A stretch of 64,000 nucleotides of DNA from Spirochaetia bacterium. Its GTDB lineage: Bacteria; Spirochaetota; Spirochaetia; SZUA-6; Bin103. The notes under the pieces are model-generated. The model was not told the origin of the DNA. It searched no databases and was given only the letters and a program-made list of their open reading frames with translations. This document shows positions 21,712 through 31,384 of this stretch, piece by piece (the stretch's first letter is position 1; every line of letters begins with the position of its first letter). A program made the translations under genes and the position numbers. The stretch covers positions 3,104,001-3,168,000 of the forward strand of contig CBDBDQ010000005.1 of NCBI GenBank assembly GCA_965203905.1, written 5' to 3'.

Positions 21712-21985
21712 CTACGCCGTCGCGGAGACCGAATCGTTCCGCAAGTCGCTGCGCAAGAACAAGACCCTTGCCCGGCTCTACCCGCGCATTCGGGACGGCG
21801 TGTATCCGTTGCTCCGACGCGAACCGCACTTCGGTCCCAACATCAAGCGATTGCAGGGCGAATTCAGCGACTTCTATCGATTTCGACTGGGCGCGTACCG
21901 ATTGTTCTATACGATCGACGAACGAGAGATGGTCGTCGTCGTTGCGGACCTGCGCAGTCGGCAAGCGTCGTATCGCACGCGTTAG
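21701..21985 (+). CDS. relE: RelE/ParE family toxin
   Basis: Basic 94-aa protein with IKRLQG..YRFRLGAYRLFYTID..R..SY. Confidence 0.85.
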   Translation: MSSNYAVAETESFRKSLRKNKTLARLYPRIRDGVYPLLRREPHFGPNIKRLQGEFSDFYRFRLGAYRLFYTIDEREMVVVVADLRSRQASYRTR

Positions 21986-22003
21986 TTGTCACGGCAGCGC
22001 GCC

Positions 22004-22306
22004 CTATTCGAAAATCGCGGCGAGGCGGGCAAGCACTTCGTCGATGATCTGCTCGGGAACGGTGTCGACGTGCCTCCCATTCCGGGCGGCGACATCGAGT
22101 GCGCGAGGCTGGTCGCAACGGATCACACCGGTGGTTCGGGTGCCAGCGCCCTGGAGAGAAACGGCAAAGCCACGCCTGCGGGCGAAGCTGCCGCCGGCGG
22201 TGATGGGAAGTACTACCGGCGTCCCGGTCAGCTTGTTGAACGGCGCGGGGGAGACGATCAGTACCGGCCGGGTGAGACTTACCAGCCAGATGTCGCCGCG
22301 CTCCAC
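22004..22306 (-). CDS. pemK: PemK/Kid (MazF family) toxin with an in-frame 10-aa deletion
   Basis: ERGDIWLVSL joined directly to TRPVLIVS; GGSFAR and GVIRCDQPR; GTG overlaps the antitoxin stop. Confidence 0.88.
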   Translation of the reverse strand: MERGDIWLVSLTRPVLIVSPAPFNKLTGTPVVLPITAGGSFARRRGFAVSLQGAGTRTTGVIRCDQPRALDVAARNGRHVDTVPEQIIDEVLARLAAIFE

Positions 22307-22563
22307 TACAGCAGTTCGTTGCCGACCGGCTTCGCATCGATCCAAGCGCGCTCCTCTGCCGACGGGGGACCGGTCTCCTCGCACTGCGCCAAAAGCTCAT
22401 CGAGTGAATACCGAGGACCTGTCCGAGGCTGAACGATCAGGCGGCCGTCCTGCACGTCGATGTCCACCTTGGCCCCTACCCCAAGCTTCAGGAGGTCAAG
22501 GAGGGCCGGGGGTACCGCCAGCATGATGGAACCGCCAACTCTGCGCAGATGTGTCGTATGCAT
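22306..22563 (-). CDS. pemI: PemI/Kis (MazE/AbrB family) antitoxin
   Basis: MHTTHLRRVGGSIMLAVPPALL..YSLDELLAQC..EERAWIDA, closely resembling Kis. Confidence 0.9.
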   Translation of the reverse strand: MHTTHLRRVGGSIMLAVPPALLDLLKLGVGAKVDIDVQDGRLIVQPRTGPRYSLDELLAQCEETGPPSAEERAWIDAKPVGNELL

Positions 22564-22574
22564 AGGCGTTTCCA

Positions 22575-22592
22575 ATTATACACAAGTATAAC
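22575..22592 (-). promoter_or_regulatory. Palindromic pem operator overlapping the -10 box
   Basis: TTATAC-ACAA-GTATAA inverted repeat; TATAAT on the minus strand just upstream of pemI. Confidence 0.65.
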
Positions 22593-22664
22593 ATAACATA
22601 GGCTCAAGACCATCACCACGCGCAACACGCTGCTGTTCAAGCTGCCGAGCGGAAGTCTGACCGG

Positions 22665-23354
22665 CTAGACGCGGCGGAAGATCCAGGCCTCCCAGGCCAG
22701 GGTGTGGGCGGCGAAGATGCGGCGGAAGCCGGCGCCGGAGATGGCCGCGGCGGTGCGGTTCCAGTCGTGATAGAAGGGGTGGAAGGTGCTGCGCAGCAGC
22801 TTGAACACGGCGATGGCGATTCTCCATACGGCGGCGACCAGCCAATGCGGCCGCGGCACCACTACCGCGTACAGGCGCTGGGCTCGTTCCAGCGACACCT
22901 CCAACAGGCTGTCGATCTCCGGGTAGCAGCACAGCACCTTGTCCAGCACTACCAGCTCCGCGGGCGGCAGCTCCGCGGCCCGTTCCACGGCGTCGCCCAC
23001 CAGGAAGGTGGCACGCTGCTCCAGGCCCGCCCGCGCCGCGGCGGCCCGCGCTTCATCGATCATGCCGCCGGCCACGTCGATGCCGACCGCACGGCCGGCC
23101 CCGGCGGCGAGCACGTGGCGCTGCAACTCGCCGGTGCCGCAGCCGATCTCCAGCACCGAGGCACCGGCGACATCGGCCGCGGTCAGCCCTTCCAGCAGCC
23201 TGCGCTGCACCGCCTCCAGCCCGCGCCGGCGGTAGCGGCGCACCATGCGTGGTGCCTCGCGTGAGAAGAAGCGGGCGGTTCCGGGACAGGCGCCGCCGCG
23301 GCCACGCCGCTCCGGGCCGTTGCCACCGTCTCCGGCTGAGCAGCAGCAGGCCAT
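22665..23354 (-). CDS. Class I SAM-dependent methyltransferase
   Basis: VLEIGCGTG, GIDVA and VLCCYP motifs; start overlaps the sulfatase stop (TGATG). Confidence 0.82.
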   Translation of the reverse strand: MACCCSAGDGGNGPERRGRGGACPGTARFFSREAPRMVRRYRRRGLEAVQRRLLEGLTAADVAGASVLEIGCGTGELQRHVLAAGAGRAVGIDVAGGMIDEARAAAARAGLEQRATFLVGDAVERAAELPPAELVVLDKVLCCYPEIDSLLEVSLERAQRLYAVVVPRPHWLVAAVWRIAIAVFKLLRSTFHPFYHDWNRTAAAISGAGFRRIFAAHTLAWEAWIFRRV

Positions 23355-24766
23355 CAGTGAGCCGTGAAGGCGGGCGAGCCGTCTTCCCAGGTGCCACCCA
23401 CCGGGCGCAGCTGGCCGCCGCCGGCGACCGGCAGGTTGCGGCCGTCGTGCTGCGCCGTTGCCTGCTCGGCGAACCAGCTCTCCAGCAGGCCGCGCAGCTC
23501 GCGGATGCGGCGTTGCTGCGCCGGGTCGTGCACCCGATTGGCGCGCTCGTCGGGCTCGTTCACCAGGTCGTACAGCTCGTTGGGGCCTTCGGGGCGGCCG
23601 GGAACGGGGTAACGCTGCACGTACTTCCATTCGGCGGTGCGGATCATGCGGGTGGCACCGTACTCGTCGTAAATCACCACGCGGTCGCGCGCCGGAGCCG
23701 TGCCGCCCTCCAGCAGTGCGGCGAAGGAGCGGCCCGCCCGGCCGCGGCGCAGGGCCTCGGGGAGGTCGACGCCGGCGTAGGCCAGCAGCGTGGGCATGAA
23801 GTCGATCGCGCTGAGCATGTCGCCGACCACCCGCCCGGCCGGGACTCGTCCCGGCTGGCTGACCAGGAACGGCACCTTGACGGAGTTCTCGTACATGTTG
23901 AGGGGGAAGGTGCCTTTGCCCTTGCCCCAGAAGCCGTGGTGGCCGCAGCTGAAGCCATTGTCGCTGGTGAACACCACCAGCGTGCGCTGGCGGATGCCGT
24001 GATGCTCCAGGCGGTCGAGAATCCGGCCCACGTCGCGGTCCATGGCGGTGACCGCGGCGAAGTAGCCCTTGAGCATCTCGCGGTTGCCCAGGCAGCTCCG
24101 CGTCAGCGAACCCGCCCACGGGTGTGCCTCTTCCTGCGGGCAGGAGGCGAACGGGCAGTCGTCGTAGCTGTCGACGATCGCGGAGGGATGGCCGGTCCAC
24201 GGGCTGTGCGGGGCGGTGTAGTGCACGCCCAGGTAGAAGGGAGCCTCCCCGTCGGCATGGCGGTCGATGAAGCTGAGGGCATCGTCGGTGATCACGTTGG
24301 TGACGTAGCCGGGCGCATTGAACAACTCGCCGTTGCGGATCATGGGGGCGTCGTGGTAGGGGCCGCCGCCCTTCTCGTGCACGAACCAGTGGCTGAACCC
24401 GTGCTGCGGCAGCGCGCTGTTGCCCAGGTGCCACTTGCCGCTGATGCCGCAGCTCCATCCCGCCCGCGCCAGCAGGTCGGTGTAACCGGTCTGCCCTTGC
24501 AGGTAGCTGGCCGCGTCGTCGCCGTAGTTGCCGCCGCGGATCCAGTCGTGCACACCGTGGGCGGAGGGCATCAGGCCGGTGAGGAACGACGCCCGGCTCG
24601 GCGAACACACCGGCGAGGCGCAGAAGAAGTTGTCGAAGCGCATCCCGGTCGCCGCGATGCGGTCGATGTTGGGGGTACGCAGTTCGCGGTTGCCGTAGCA
24701 GCCGGCAGCCCACGGTCCCTGGTCGTCGGTGAGGATGAAGACGATGTTGGGGCGTTCCCGGTTCAT
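23354..24766 (-). CDS. Sulfatase
   Basis: PNIVFILTDD, CSPSRASFLTG, GKWHLG and TSDNG motifs. Confidence 0.93.
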   Translation of the reverse strand: MNRERPNIVFILTDDQGPWAAGCYGNRELRTPNIDRIAATGMRFDNFFCASPVCSPSRASFLTGLMPSAHGVHDWIRGGNYGDDAASYLQGQTGYTDLLARAGWSCGISGKWHLGNSALPQHGFSHWFVHEKGGGPYHDAPMIRNGELFNAPGYVTNVITDDALSFIDRHADGEAPFYLGVHYTAPHSPWTGHPSAIVDSYDDCPFASCPQEEAHPWAGSLTRSCLGNREMLKGYFAAVTAMDRDVGRILDRLEHHGIRQRTLVVFTSDNGFSCGHHGFWGKGKGTFPLNMYENSVKVPFLVSQPGRVPAGRVVGDMLSAIDFMPTLLAYAGVDLPEALRRGRAGRSFAALLEGGTAPARDRVVIYDEYGATRMIRTAEWKYVQRYPVPGRPEGPNELYDLVNEPDERANRVHDPAQQRRIRELRGLLESWFAEQATAQHDGRNLPVAGGGQLRPVGGTWEDGSPAFTAH

Positions 24767-24773
24767 CCTTGCA

Positions 24774-25358
24774 CTATGTTTTGAAGACACCTCGGTGGGC
24801 GATTTCGGCCAGCGGCTTGCGGTTGCTGGGCTGCTCGCGCTGCTGCAGTTCGGGAGGCAGCGCATCGCGCGGACCGATCCTGCCGGCGGCGAAGCCGCAC
24901 ATCACCGTGTAGTACTCGGCGTCGACGCCGAGCTTGGCGTGCGCGGCGTCGCGGTCGATCCCCGCCATCGCGTGGGTGTAGATGCCCAGCAGCCGGGCCT
25001 GGAGGGTGAGCGCCATCCACGCCGCGCCGGTGTCGAACTGCGCGGTGCGCGGCTCGCGGCCGTCCGGGGTCCTGGTGTTGGCGAAGATGAAGCCGACGAG
25101 CGGTGCCTTCGACGCCCAGGCGCGGTTGCGCGGCATCAGCACGGAGTCGAACAGCGGCCGGTCGGGGCCGTCGGTCTCGTAGAGGAACAGCCACGGCTGG
25201 CCGTTGAACGAGGAGGGCGACCAGCGCGCCCCCTCGAACAGCGACGCGACTTCGGCTTCGCTCAGCGGCTCGGCGGCGAACGAGCGCGGCGACCAGCGGT
25301 TGACGAACAGCGGGTCGACCTGCGCCGAGGGGACCCGCGGATTGGCCGGCTGGCTCAT
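24774..25358 (-). CDS. Nitroreductase family protein
   Basis: RWSPRSF, WSPSSFNGQPW and FDTGAA motifs. Confidence 0.88.
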   Translation of the reverse strand: MSQPANPRVPSAQVDPLFVNRWSPRSFAAEPLSEAEVASLFEGARWSPSSFNGQPWLFLYETDGPDRPLFDSVLMPRNRAWASKAPLVGFIFANTRTPDGREPRTAQFDTGAAWMALTLQARLLGIYTHAMAGIDRDAAHAKLGVDAEYYTVMCGFAAGRIGPRDALPPELQQREQPSNRKPLAEIAHRGVFKT

Positions 25359-26158
25359 CAGCCTGCGTTCTCCGGAGCCATCAGCCCGAAGCCGGCACCC
25401 TGCGGATCGCCTACGAACGCGATGCGTCCAACCGTGGCGATGTCGGTCGGCGGCATTTTGACGGAACCACCCGCGGCGCTGACGGCCGCTACCGTGGCGT
25501 CCACGTCGGCGACCTGGAAATAGACGCTCCAGTGCGACGGGATCTGCATCGCGCGCAGCTCGTCCGGCAGTGCCATGAGGCCGGCCGCCGGTTCGCCCGC
25601 GGCCATCAGGGCCGTGTACTCGACGCCGTGCTCCATCATCTGGCGCTGGCTGTTCAAACCAAGAAGCTCGGTGAAGAAGGCCGTGGCGGCATCGGGATCG
25701 GTAGTCATAAGCTCGCACCACGCCATGGCGCCGGGCTCCCACTTCACGCCCGCCCCGACGTGGTTGCGTGGCTGCCACAGGGCCACGGCGGCGCCGGTGG
25801 GGTCGCTGATCGCGGCCATGCGACCCGACTCGAACACGTCGAACGGCTCCGCCAGGAGGGTCCCGCCGAGCTCGCCGACGCGTCCGGCGGTGGCGTCGAC
25901 ATCCTCCACGGTCAGATGCACGTTCCAGTGCAGGGGAATGCCCATCTGTCGCTGCTCCTCCTGCTGGGTGTAGATCGCCGCGGCGTAGGAGCCGTCGAGG
26001 CTCGCCATGCTGTAGCGCTGCTGCCCCGCCTCGTCCATCGGCATGTCCTCGTAGCTCCAGCCGAACAGTGCGCCGTAAAATGCCTTGGCCGCCTCCTGGT
26101 CGGTAGTCTCCAGGTCAACCCAGCAGGGCGCGCCCGGAACATGTCGTTCAATCTTCAT
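25358..26158 (-). CDS. VOC/glyoxalase family protein with two domains
   Basis: Duplicated W.(D/E)L.TTD..AA.AF..L.G and GR.A...DP.GA motifs. Confidence 0.88.
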   Translation of the reverse strand: MKIERHVPGAPCWVDLETTDQEAAKAFYGALFGWSYEDMPMDEAGQQRYSMASLDGSYAAAIYTQQEEQRQMGIPLHWNVHLTVEDVDATAGRVGELGGTLLAEPFDVFESGRMAAISDPTGAAVALWQPRNHVGAGVKWEPGAMAWCELMTTDPDAATAFFTELLGLNSQRQMMEHGVEYTALMAAGEPAAGLMALPDELRAMQIPSHWSVYFQVADVDATVAAVSAAGGSVKMPPTDIATVGRIAFVGDPQGAGFGLMAPENAG

Positions 26159-26385
26159 CGTTATCCACCTTTAAGGGAGCCTGGAGAGGTTGGGGAGTGC
26201 CCTTCGACACCCGCCCGCGGCCGCTTCGGCCGGGGCTCCACTATCGCCGCAGGGTAACCGCGCCGACGCCGCGTGTCGATGGCATCGCCAAGCCAAGTGG
26301 GCGTCTCCTGCCGATAAAGCGGTTCAGCGCGGCTCCGAGCCGACCGTGCGTTTGGTGTGTAGAGCACGTTGGCTGTTGCTTCCGT

Positions 26386-26679
26386 TCAGGACAGGAGAAA
26401 CCGGATTGCCTCTGCACGGCCCGGTCGAACCATTGCGTGCGGCAGGTTGTCGAGCAGCCAGTCGCGCGGAAACAGGCGCAGAACCGGCCACGCGGCAACG
26501 CGCAGCGCCTCGCGGGTGTACTTGCGGAGAACTTCTGGCTTCTGGAGAAGCGCCGGAAGTCTGTCTTGCGTAGGGTGCTTGAGGATGCCCGTGACCACAG
26601 GGATGCTCAAGAGAGTGCCGTCTGCCAGCTTCACGTCTACTGTCGGAGCCCGTTCAACGTATCGCAACGACCGTTTCAA
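26386..26679 (-). CDS. Small hypothetical protein, putative partner of the nucleotidyltransferase
   Basis: TTGA overlap with the upstream gene stop; ~97 aa. Confidence 0.55.
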   Translation of the reverse strand: MKRSLRYVERAPTVDVKLADGTLLSIPVVTGILKHPTQDRLPALLQKPEVLRKYTREALRVAAWPVLRLFPRDWLLDNLPHAMVRPGRAEAIRFLLS

Positions 26680-27371
26680 CGGCTCGCTTCCTTCAGCCAG
26701 GAGAGCAGCAGATCCCGCATGTGGCAAGCATCCAATGGATCGACGTCCTCGTAGGAGGCAAGATCTCGCCGAATACCTTCATCGTCCCAGGTCAACAGCC
26801 GTTCTGTGAGCAGCAGCGCATCCTGCCGTGCAACCGCGTTCCGCATGAGAGCTTCAAGCTCGGGGCGAAGCGTCAATGTGGCCCGCAGATCGACGAGGTC
26901 TCGTGCCTCGGCTCGTTCCACGATGCACTGTACCTTGTCCTGAACATAGCGGCGGAGGGTAATCCTGCGAAATGCCGGCACCAAAGTCGCCTTGACGAGC
27001 TCGGAGGGTGGCGTCTCCTCAAAGCTGGACAGGACTTCTACGGCGATGCTCTCCCCCGAGGCAAGCGTCAGGATCCCTCGGAATCCGGATCCGAACTCGT
27101 CCGGAGCCTGCACCAGCTCGAAGCCTTCGCCGAACGCGCCCTGTAACTCGGCGAGCAGTGGCCGAGTGTCAACCATCGCCCGGCGGGTGTGGAAGTCAAG
27201 GTCGAACGAACCGCGGTGATGCAGCTCTTCCGCGGCTATGCACGAGGTTCCCGCCCAGTAGCACGCCCGCCTGAGGCGGGGGCACCGGTCCTTCAGCGTC
27301 TCCAGGGCGACGGTGATGCTGCGGAGCTCCTCGGACTCTGCTGTGTCTCCGCCTCGCCGGGCCATGTTCAA
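26676..27371 (-). CDS. AbiEii/MenT-like nucleotidyltransferase toxin
   Basis: AGT..HRGSFDLDF and DK....R.EARDLVDL motifs. Confidence 0.75.
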   Translation of the reverse strand: MNMARRGGDTAESEELRSITVALETLKDRCPRLRRACYWAGTSCIAAEELHHRGSFDLDFHTRRAMVDTRPLLAELQGAFGEGFELVQAPDEFGSGFRGILTLASGESIAVEVLSSFEETPPSELVKATLVPAFRRITLRRYVQDKVQCIVERAEARDLVDLRATLTLRPELEALMRNAVARQDALLLTERLLTWDDEGIRRDLASYEDVDPLDACHMRDLLLSWLKEASR

Positions 27372-27394
27372 AGACTATACTGCCGGGCGCGGCG

Positions 27395-28489
27395 CTACTT
27401 GTAGGGGTCGGCGGCGTCGCGCAGGCCGTCGCCGACGAAGTTGAAGGCGAGCACGGCGACGATCACGAAGATCCCCGGCACCAGGAGCCAGGGGTAGAGG
27501 AACAGCGTGGTCACGTTCTGGGCGTCGGCCAGCATGGTGCCCCAGCTCACCGCCGGCGGCCGGATTCCCACGCCCAGGAAGCTCAGGGCGGTCTCCCCCA
27601 GGATCATGGCGGGCACCGACAGGGTCAGCGAAACGATCAGGTAGCTGAGGAAGGAGGGCAGCAGGTGGCGCACCACGACGGCCGGCTCGCGCGCTCCCGC
27701 CAGGCGCGCGGCCAGGACGAAGTCGGCCTGCCGCGTCGACAGCAGCCAGCCGCGCACCACCCGCGCCAGGCCCGCCCAGCCGAAGATCGACAGGATGATG
27801 GTGATGGCGAAGTAGCGCTGGATCGAGGTCCAGCCCGATGGCAGCACCGCCGCGAACGCCATCCACAGGGGAATCTGCGGCAGCGAGACCAGGAAGTCGA
27901 TGAAGCGCTGAATCACCATGTCGACGCTGCCGCCGTAGTAACCGGAGATGCCGCCGAGAATGCAGCCCAGCAGGAAGCTCAGCAGCACCCCGACGAACCC
28001 CACCGACAGCGACACCCGCGCCGCGTACACGTTGAGCGAGTACACGTCGCGTCCGATCTCATTGGTGCCGAACGGAAAGAAGTGGCCCTCCTCCACACCG
28101 AAGAGATGGATGTTGCCGGGAATGAGCCCCAGGAGCCGGTACTCGCTGCCACGCACGAACAGGCGGATCGGCAGCGGGCGCGAGCGGTCCTCGCGGTAGC
28201 TGCGGAACCCGCTCAGCAGGTCGGTGCTGCCGCTGGTGAAGTAGACGAACGGCCGCTGCAGCCGGCCTTCGTGAAACAGCCGGGGTCGTTGCGGCGGATG
28301 GTGCTTGAGTGCCACGTCGTACTGCTTGGGTCCGGTCTGTGCAAAGAACTCGGCGAACACCGCCACGCCGTAGAAGATCGCCAGCACCATCAGCCCACCG
28401 ACCGCCAGACGGTGGTTGCGGAACTTGCGGCGCATGAGCTGCCACTGGGAGGCGACATAGTAGCTTTCGGCCTGCCTGGTGCTCGACAT
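27395..28489 (-). CDS. ABC permease (OppC/DppC-like)
   Basis: ASQWQLM, GTNEIGRD and GDGLRDAADPY motifs. Confidence 0.92.
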   Translation of the reverse strand: MSSTRQAESYYVASQWQLMRRKFRNHRLAVGGLMVLAIFYGVAVFAEFFAQTGPKQYDVALKHHPPQRPRLFHEGRLQRPFVYFTSGSTDLLSGFRSYREDRSRPLPIRLFVRGSEYRLLGLIPGNIHLFGVEEGHFFPFGTNEIGRDVYSLNVYAARVSLSVGFVGVLLSFLLGCILGGISGYYGGSVDMVIQRFIDFLVSLPQIPLWMAFAAVLPSGWTSIQRYFAITIILSIFGWAGLARVVRGWLLSTRQADFVLAARLAGAREPAVVVRHLLPSFLSYLIVSLTLSVPAMILGETALSFLGVGIRPPAVSWGTMLADAQNVTTLFLYPWLLVPGIFVIVAVLAFNFVGDGLRDAADPYK

Positions 28490-29484
28490 CAGGCGGTCTT
28501 GCCCTCCAGGCGGATGCGTGGATCGACCCACACCAGCAGGGCGTCGGCGAAGATCGCTCCGAGCACGGTGAGGAAGCTCAGCACCATCACGCCGCTGGCA
28601 GCGAGGAAGGTGTCCTGGGTGATGAGGGCGCTGAACAGCAGCGGACCCATGGTCTCCAGGCTCATGACGATGGCGACGATGGTCTCGCCGGAGACGATGG
28701 CCGGCAGAATGAACGACACGGTGCTGACGATCGGGTTCAGGGCGATGCGCACCGGGTACTTGAACAGCAGCCGCGGCTCATCCACGCCCTTGGCGCGGGC
28801 GGTCATCACGTACTGTTTCTGCAACTCGTCCAGCAGCACGCCGCGCATCACGCGAATCACCCCCGCGGTGCCCGAGAGCCCGATCACCAGCAGGGGGATC
28901 GGAAGATGGGTAAGGAGGTCGAGGAACTTCCCCCAGCTCCACGGGGCGAACTTGTTCTCGAAGGTGAACAGCCCGCCGATGCTCAGGCCGAACCACTTCT
29001 GCGCCGCCAGCATCAGGATCAGCGCCAGCAGAAAGCTGGGCACCGATACGCCGGCGTAGCCCAAGACCGTGGCCGTATAGTCGCCCCAGGAATACTGGCG
29101 CGTCGCCGAGTAGATGCCGATCGGGATGGCGATGGCGTAGGTGACGATCAGGGTCAGGATCGAGATCATGATCGACAACGGCAGGCGCTCGGCGATCAGG
29201 TCGCGAACCGGGCGCCGCCACTCGTAGGAGAGGCCCATCTCGCCACGGATCATCTTGCCCATCCACAGCAGGTAGCGGACGTACACCGGCCGGTCGACGC
29301 CATACTGGTGGCGCAGCGCCGCCTCCATCTCCAGGGTCACCTGCGCACCCGAGGAACGCAGCCGAGCCACCAGGTCGGTGACGTAATCGCCGGGGGGCAA
29401 CTCGATGATGAAGAAGGCCACCACGGTCACCAGCAGCAACACGACCACGGCGAACACGCCGCGCCAGAGAAAGTGACGCGCCAA
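28489..29484 (-). CDS. ABC permease (OppB/DppB-like)
   Basis: IIELPPGD, YVMTARAKG and VDPRIR motifs. Confidence 0.92.
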   Translation of the reverse strand: MARHFLWRGVFAVVVLLLVTVVAFFIIELPPGDYVTDLVARLRSSGAQVTLEMEAALRHQYGVDRPVYVRYLLWMGKMIRGEMGLSYEWRRPVRDLIAERLPLSIMISILTLIVTYAIAIPIGIYSATRQYSWGDYTATVLGYAGVSVPSFLLALILMLAAQKWFGLSIGGLFTFENKFAPWSWGKFLDLLTHLPIPLLVIGLSGTAGVIRVMRGVLLDELQKQYVMTARAKGVDEPRLLFKYPVRIALNPIVSTVSFILPAIVSGETIVAIVMSLETMGPLLFSALITQDTFLAASGVMVLSFLTVLGAIFADALLVWVDPRIRLEGKTA

Positions 29485-29496
29485 TCCGACAGCCTC

Positions 29497-31383
29497 CTAC
29501 CGGCGCCGCAGCTCGCCGGAGGGCGTTACGGTAATCGTGGCGTCGGCGGCGATGTCGTGCAGAACGGTGGAGCCGCCATCCGGCCACTCGATGCGGAGCT
29601 GCTCCACCCGGGTAGCGGCACCGAGGCCGAAGTGCGCGGACAGCTCGGAGGTCCCCAGAAAACCGCCGCCGCTGCCGATGCTGCGGTGTTGCCACGTTCC
29701 GTTCACCAGCACCGAGATGCGGCTGCCGAAGCCGTCTGGAGCGAGCGCGCGCCCATCGGGAGCGTAACGGGTATCCAGAAACACGCGCAGCCAATGGATG
29801 TCGGTGCCGGTGAGGTCGTTGCGGTAGAGGGTCATCGGCCCGAGCTGGTTGAAGATCAGCAGGTCCTGGTCGCCGTCGTTGTCCAGGTCGAAGCGGACCA
29901 TGCCGCGCCCCTGTCCGTCGTGGCGCAACTCGCTGTCGACGGCAACATCGATATAGCTGGGCACCCCGTCCGGTCCGACGCCCCGGTTCAGGAACAGGCG
30001 CGTCGGATCGACGACCCACTCGAACTCTCCGTCCATGTTGGGCCGGTTCCATCCGTTGGTGGTAGCCAAGTCCAGCAGTCCGTCGTGATTCACGTCCACG
30101 GCAACCACCCCCCAGCCCCAGCCACCGTCGCCCACGCCGGCGTCCGTGGCCCGCTCCTCGAACACGCCGGCGCCGCGGTTCAGGTACAGCATGTTGCCGG
30201 TGCCGCCGACCACGCTGCCGTCCGCCGACATGACGGCGGTGACGTACCAGTCGAACAGTCCGTCGTTGTTCACGTCAGCCACCACGCTGCCCATGCCGTT
30301 GCCGTCCAGCCCGGTGCCGGAGACGGCGGTGCGATCGCTGAAGGTGCCGTCGCCGTGGTTCTGCAGGTAGAGGCTGGTGCGGTAGTCGCCGGCGATGAGC
30401 AACTCGGGGTAGCGGTCGCCGTCCATGTCCGTGAAGATCGGCATGAAGCCGCGGGTCTCCAGGTTGGCCAGCCCGGCGGCGCCGGTCACGTTGTCGAAGC
30501 GGCCGCTGCCGTCGTTGGCGAACAGCACGTTGCCCTGGGTGCCGATGTGGTAACCGGTCACGAACAGGTCCAGGTCGCCGTCCATGTCGTAGTCGCCGAA
30601 GTTGGCCCCCATGCCGTCGGCGGCCCGAGGCGAGGTTTCATTGACGCCGGCGGAGCGCGCGATCTCGGTGAACAGCGGCGTGCCGTCAGCGTCGTTGCCG
30701 TCGTTGCGATACAGCCGATGGGAACCGCGCTGGGCCAGGAACCCGCTCCCCAGGCTGGTGACGAACAGGTCCAGGCGGCCGTCCGCGTCGATGTCGCCGG
30801 CGGCGGCCGCCATGCCGCGGTGGACGTGCGCCAGACCGGCCGCGGCCCCACGTTCGCGAAAGGTGCCGTCGCCGTTGTTCAGGAACAGGGCGTCCGGCTG
30901 CTGAAACCCTCCGGAGAGGAAGAACACGTCCTGCCAGCCGTCCCCGTTGAGGTCGGCAATCACGCCGCTGCCGGTCATCTCCGGGATCGCGTCGTCGTGC
31001 GCGTAACGGAAGCCGATCAGCCCGGCGCGGAAGGTAACGTCGCTGAAGCTGAGCCTCGCGGGCTCGGCGTGATGCGGGTCTGCCGGCGCGGCGCCGAGGT
31101 CCTGCTTCGGGGCAGCAGCGGCGTCGTCATCGGCCGTCTGTGCCGGGGCGTCCGTGACGCCCAGACCCGCTGTCACCAGCACCAGGCCGGCTGCCACACA
31201 TCGGCCCACGGCCGTCGCGCGCGAGCGGCACGCCGCGGCCGCGGCCTGCTTGTCTAGGCCCTGTCCGGGAGGCTGCCGGTCTCCCTTCGAGCACCCGGGA
31301 CGTTCAGAGTGGCCGGCGGGCCGCACGGCCCGGTGGCGCCGTCGCGCGGGTCTGGGCGGGAACCCGCGTGACGGCGTCCGCAT
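29497..31383 (-). CDS. CRTAC1-family FG-GAP repeat protein with ASPIC/UnbV domain
   Basis: Repeated D.(N/D).DG..D(L/V) motifs; C-terminal AHFGLG..LRIEWPDG; true start probably near 31200 before the hydrophobic segment. Confidence 0.88.
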   Translation of the reverse strand: MRTPSRGFPPRPARRRHRAVRPAGHSERPGCSKGDRQPPGQGLDKQAAAAACRSRATAVGRCVAAGLVLVTAGLGVTDAPAQTADDDAAAAPKQDLGAAPADPHHAEPARLSFSDVTFRAGLIGFRYAHDDAIPEMTGSGVIADLNGDGWQDVFFLSGGFQQPDALFLNNGDGTFRERGAAAGLAHVHRGMAAAAGDIDADGRLDLFVTSLGSGFLAQRGSHRLYRNDGNDADGTPLFTEIARSAGVNETSPRAADGMGANFGDYDMDGDLDLFVTGYHIGTQGNVLFANDGSGRFDNVTGAAGLANLETRGFMPIFTDMDGDRYPELLIAGDYRTSLYLQNHGDGTFSDRTAVSGTGLDGNGMGSVVADVNNDGLFDWYVTAVMSADGSVVGGTGNMLYLNRGAGVFEERATDAGVGDGGWGWGVVAVDVNHDGLLDLATTNGWNRPNMDGEFEWVVDPTRLFLNRGVGPDGVPSYIDVAVDSELRHDGQGRGMVRFDLDNDGDQDLLIFNQLGPMTLYRNDLTGTDIHWLRVFLDTRYAPDGRALAPDGFGSRISVLVNGTWQHRSIGSGGGFLGTSELSAHFGLGAATRVEQLRIEWPDGGSTVLHDIAADATITVTPSGELRRR

Positions 31384-31384
31384 G

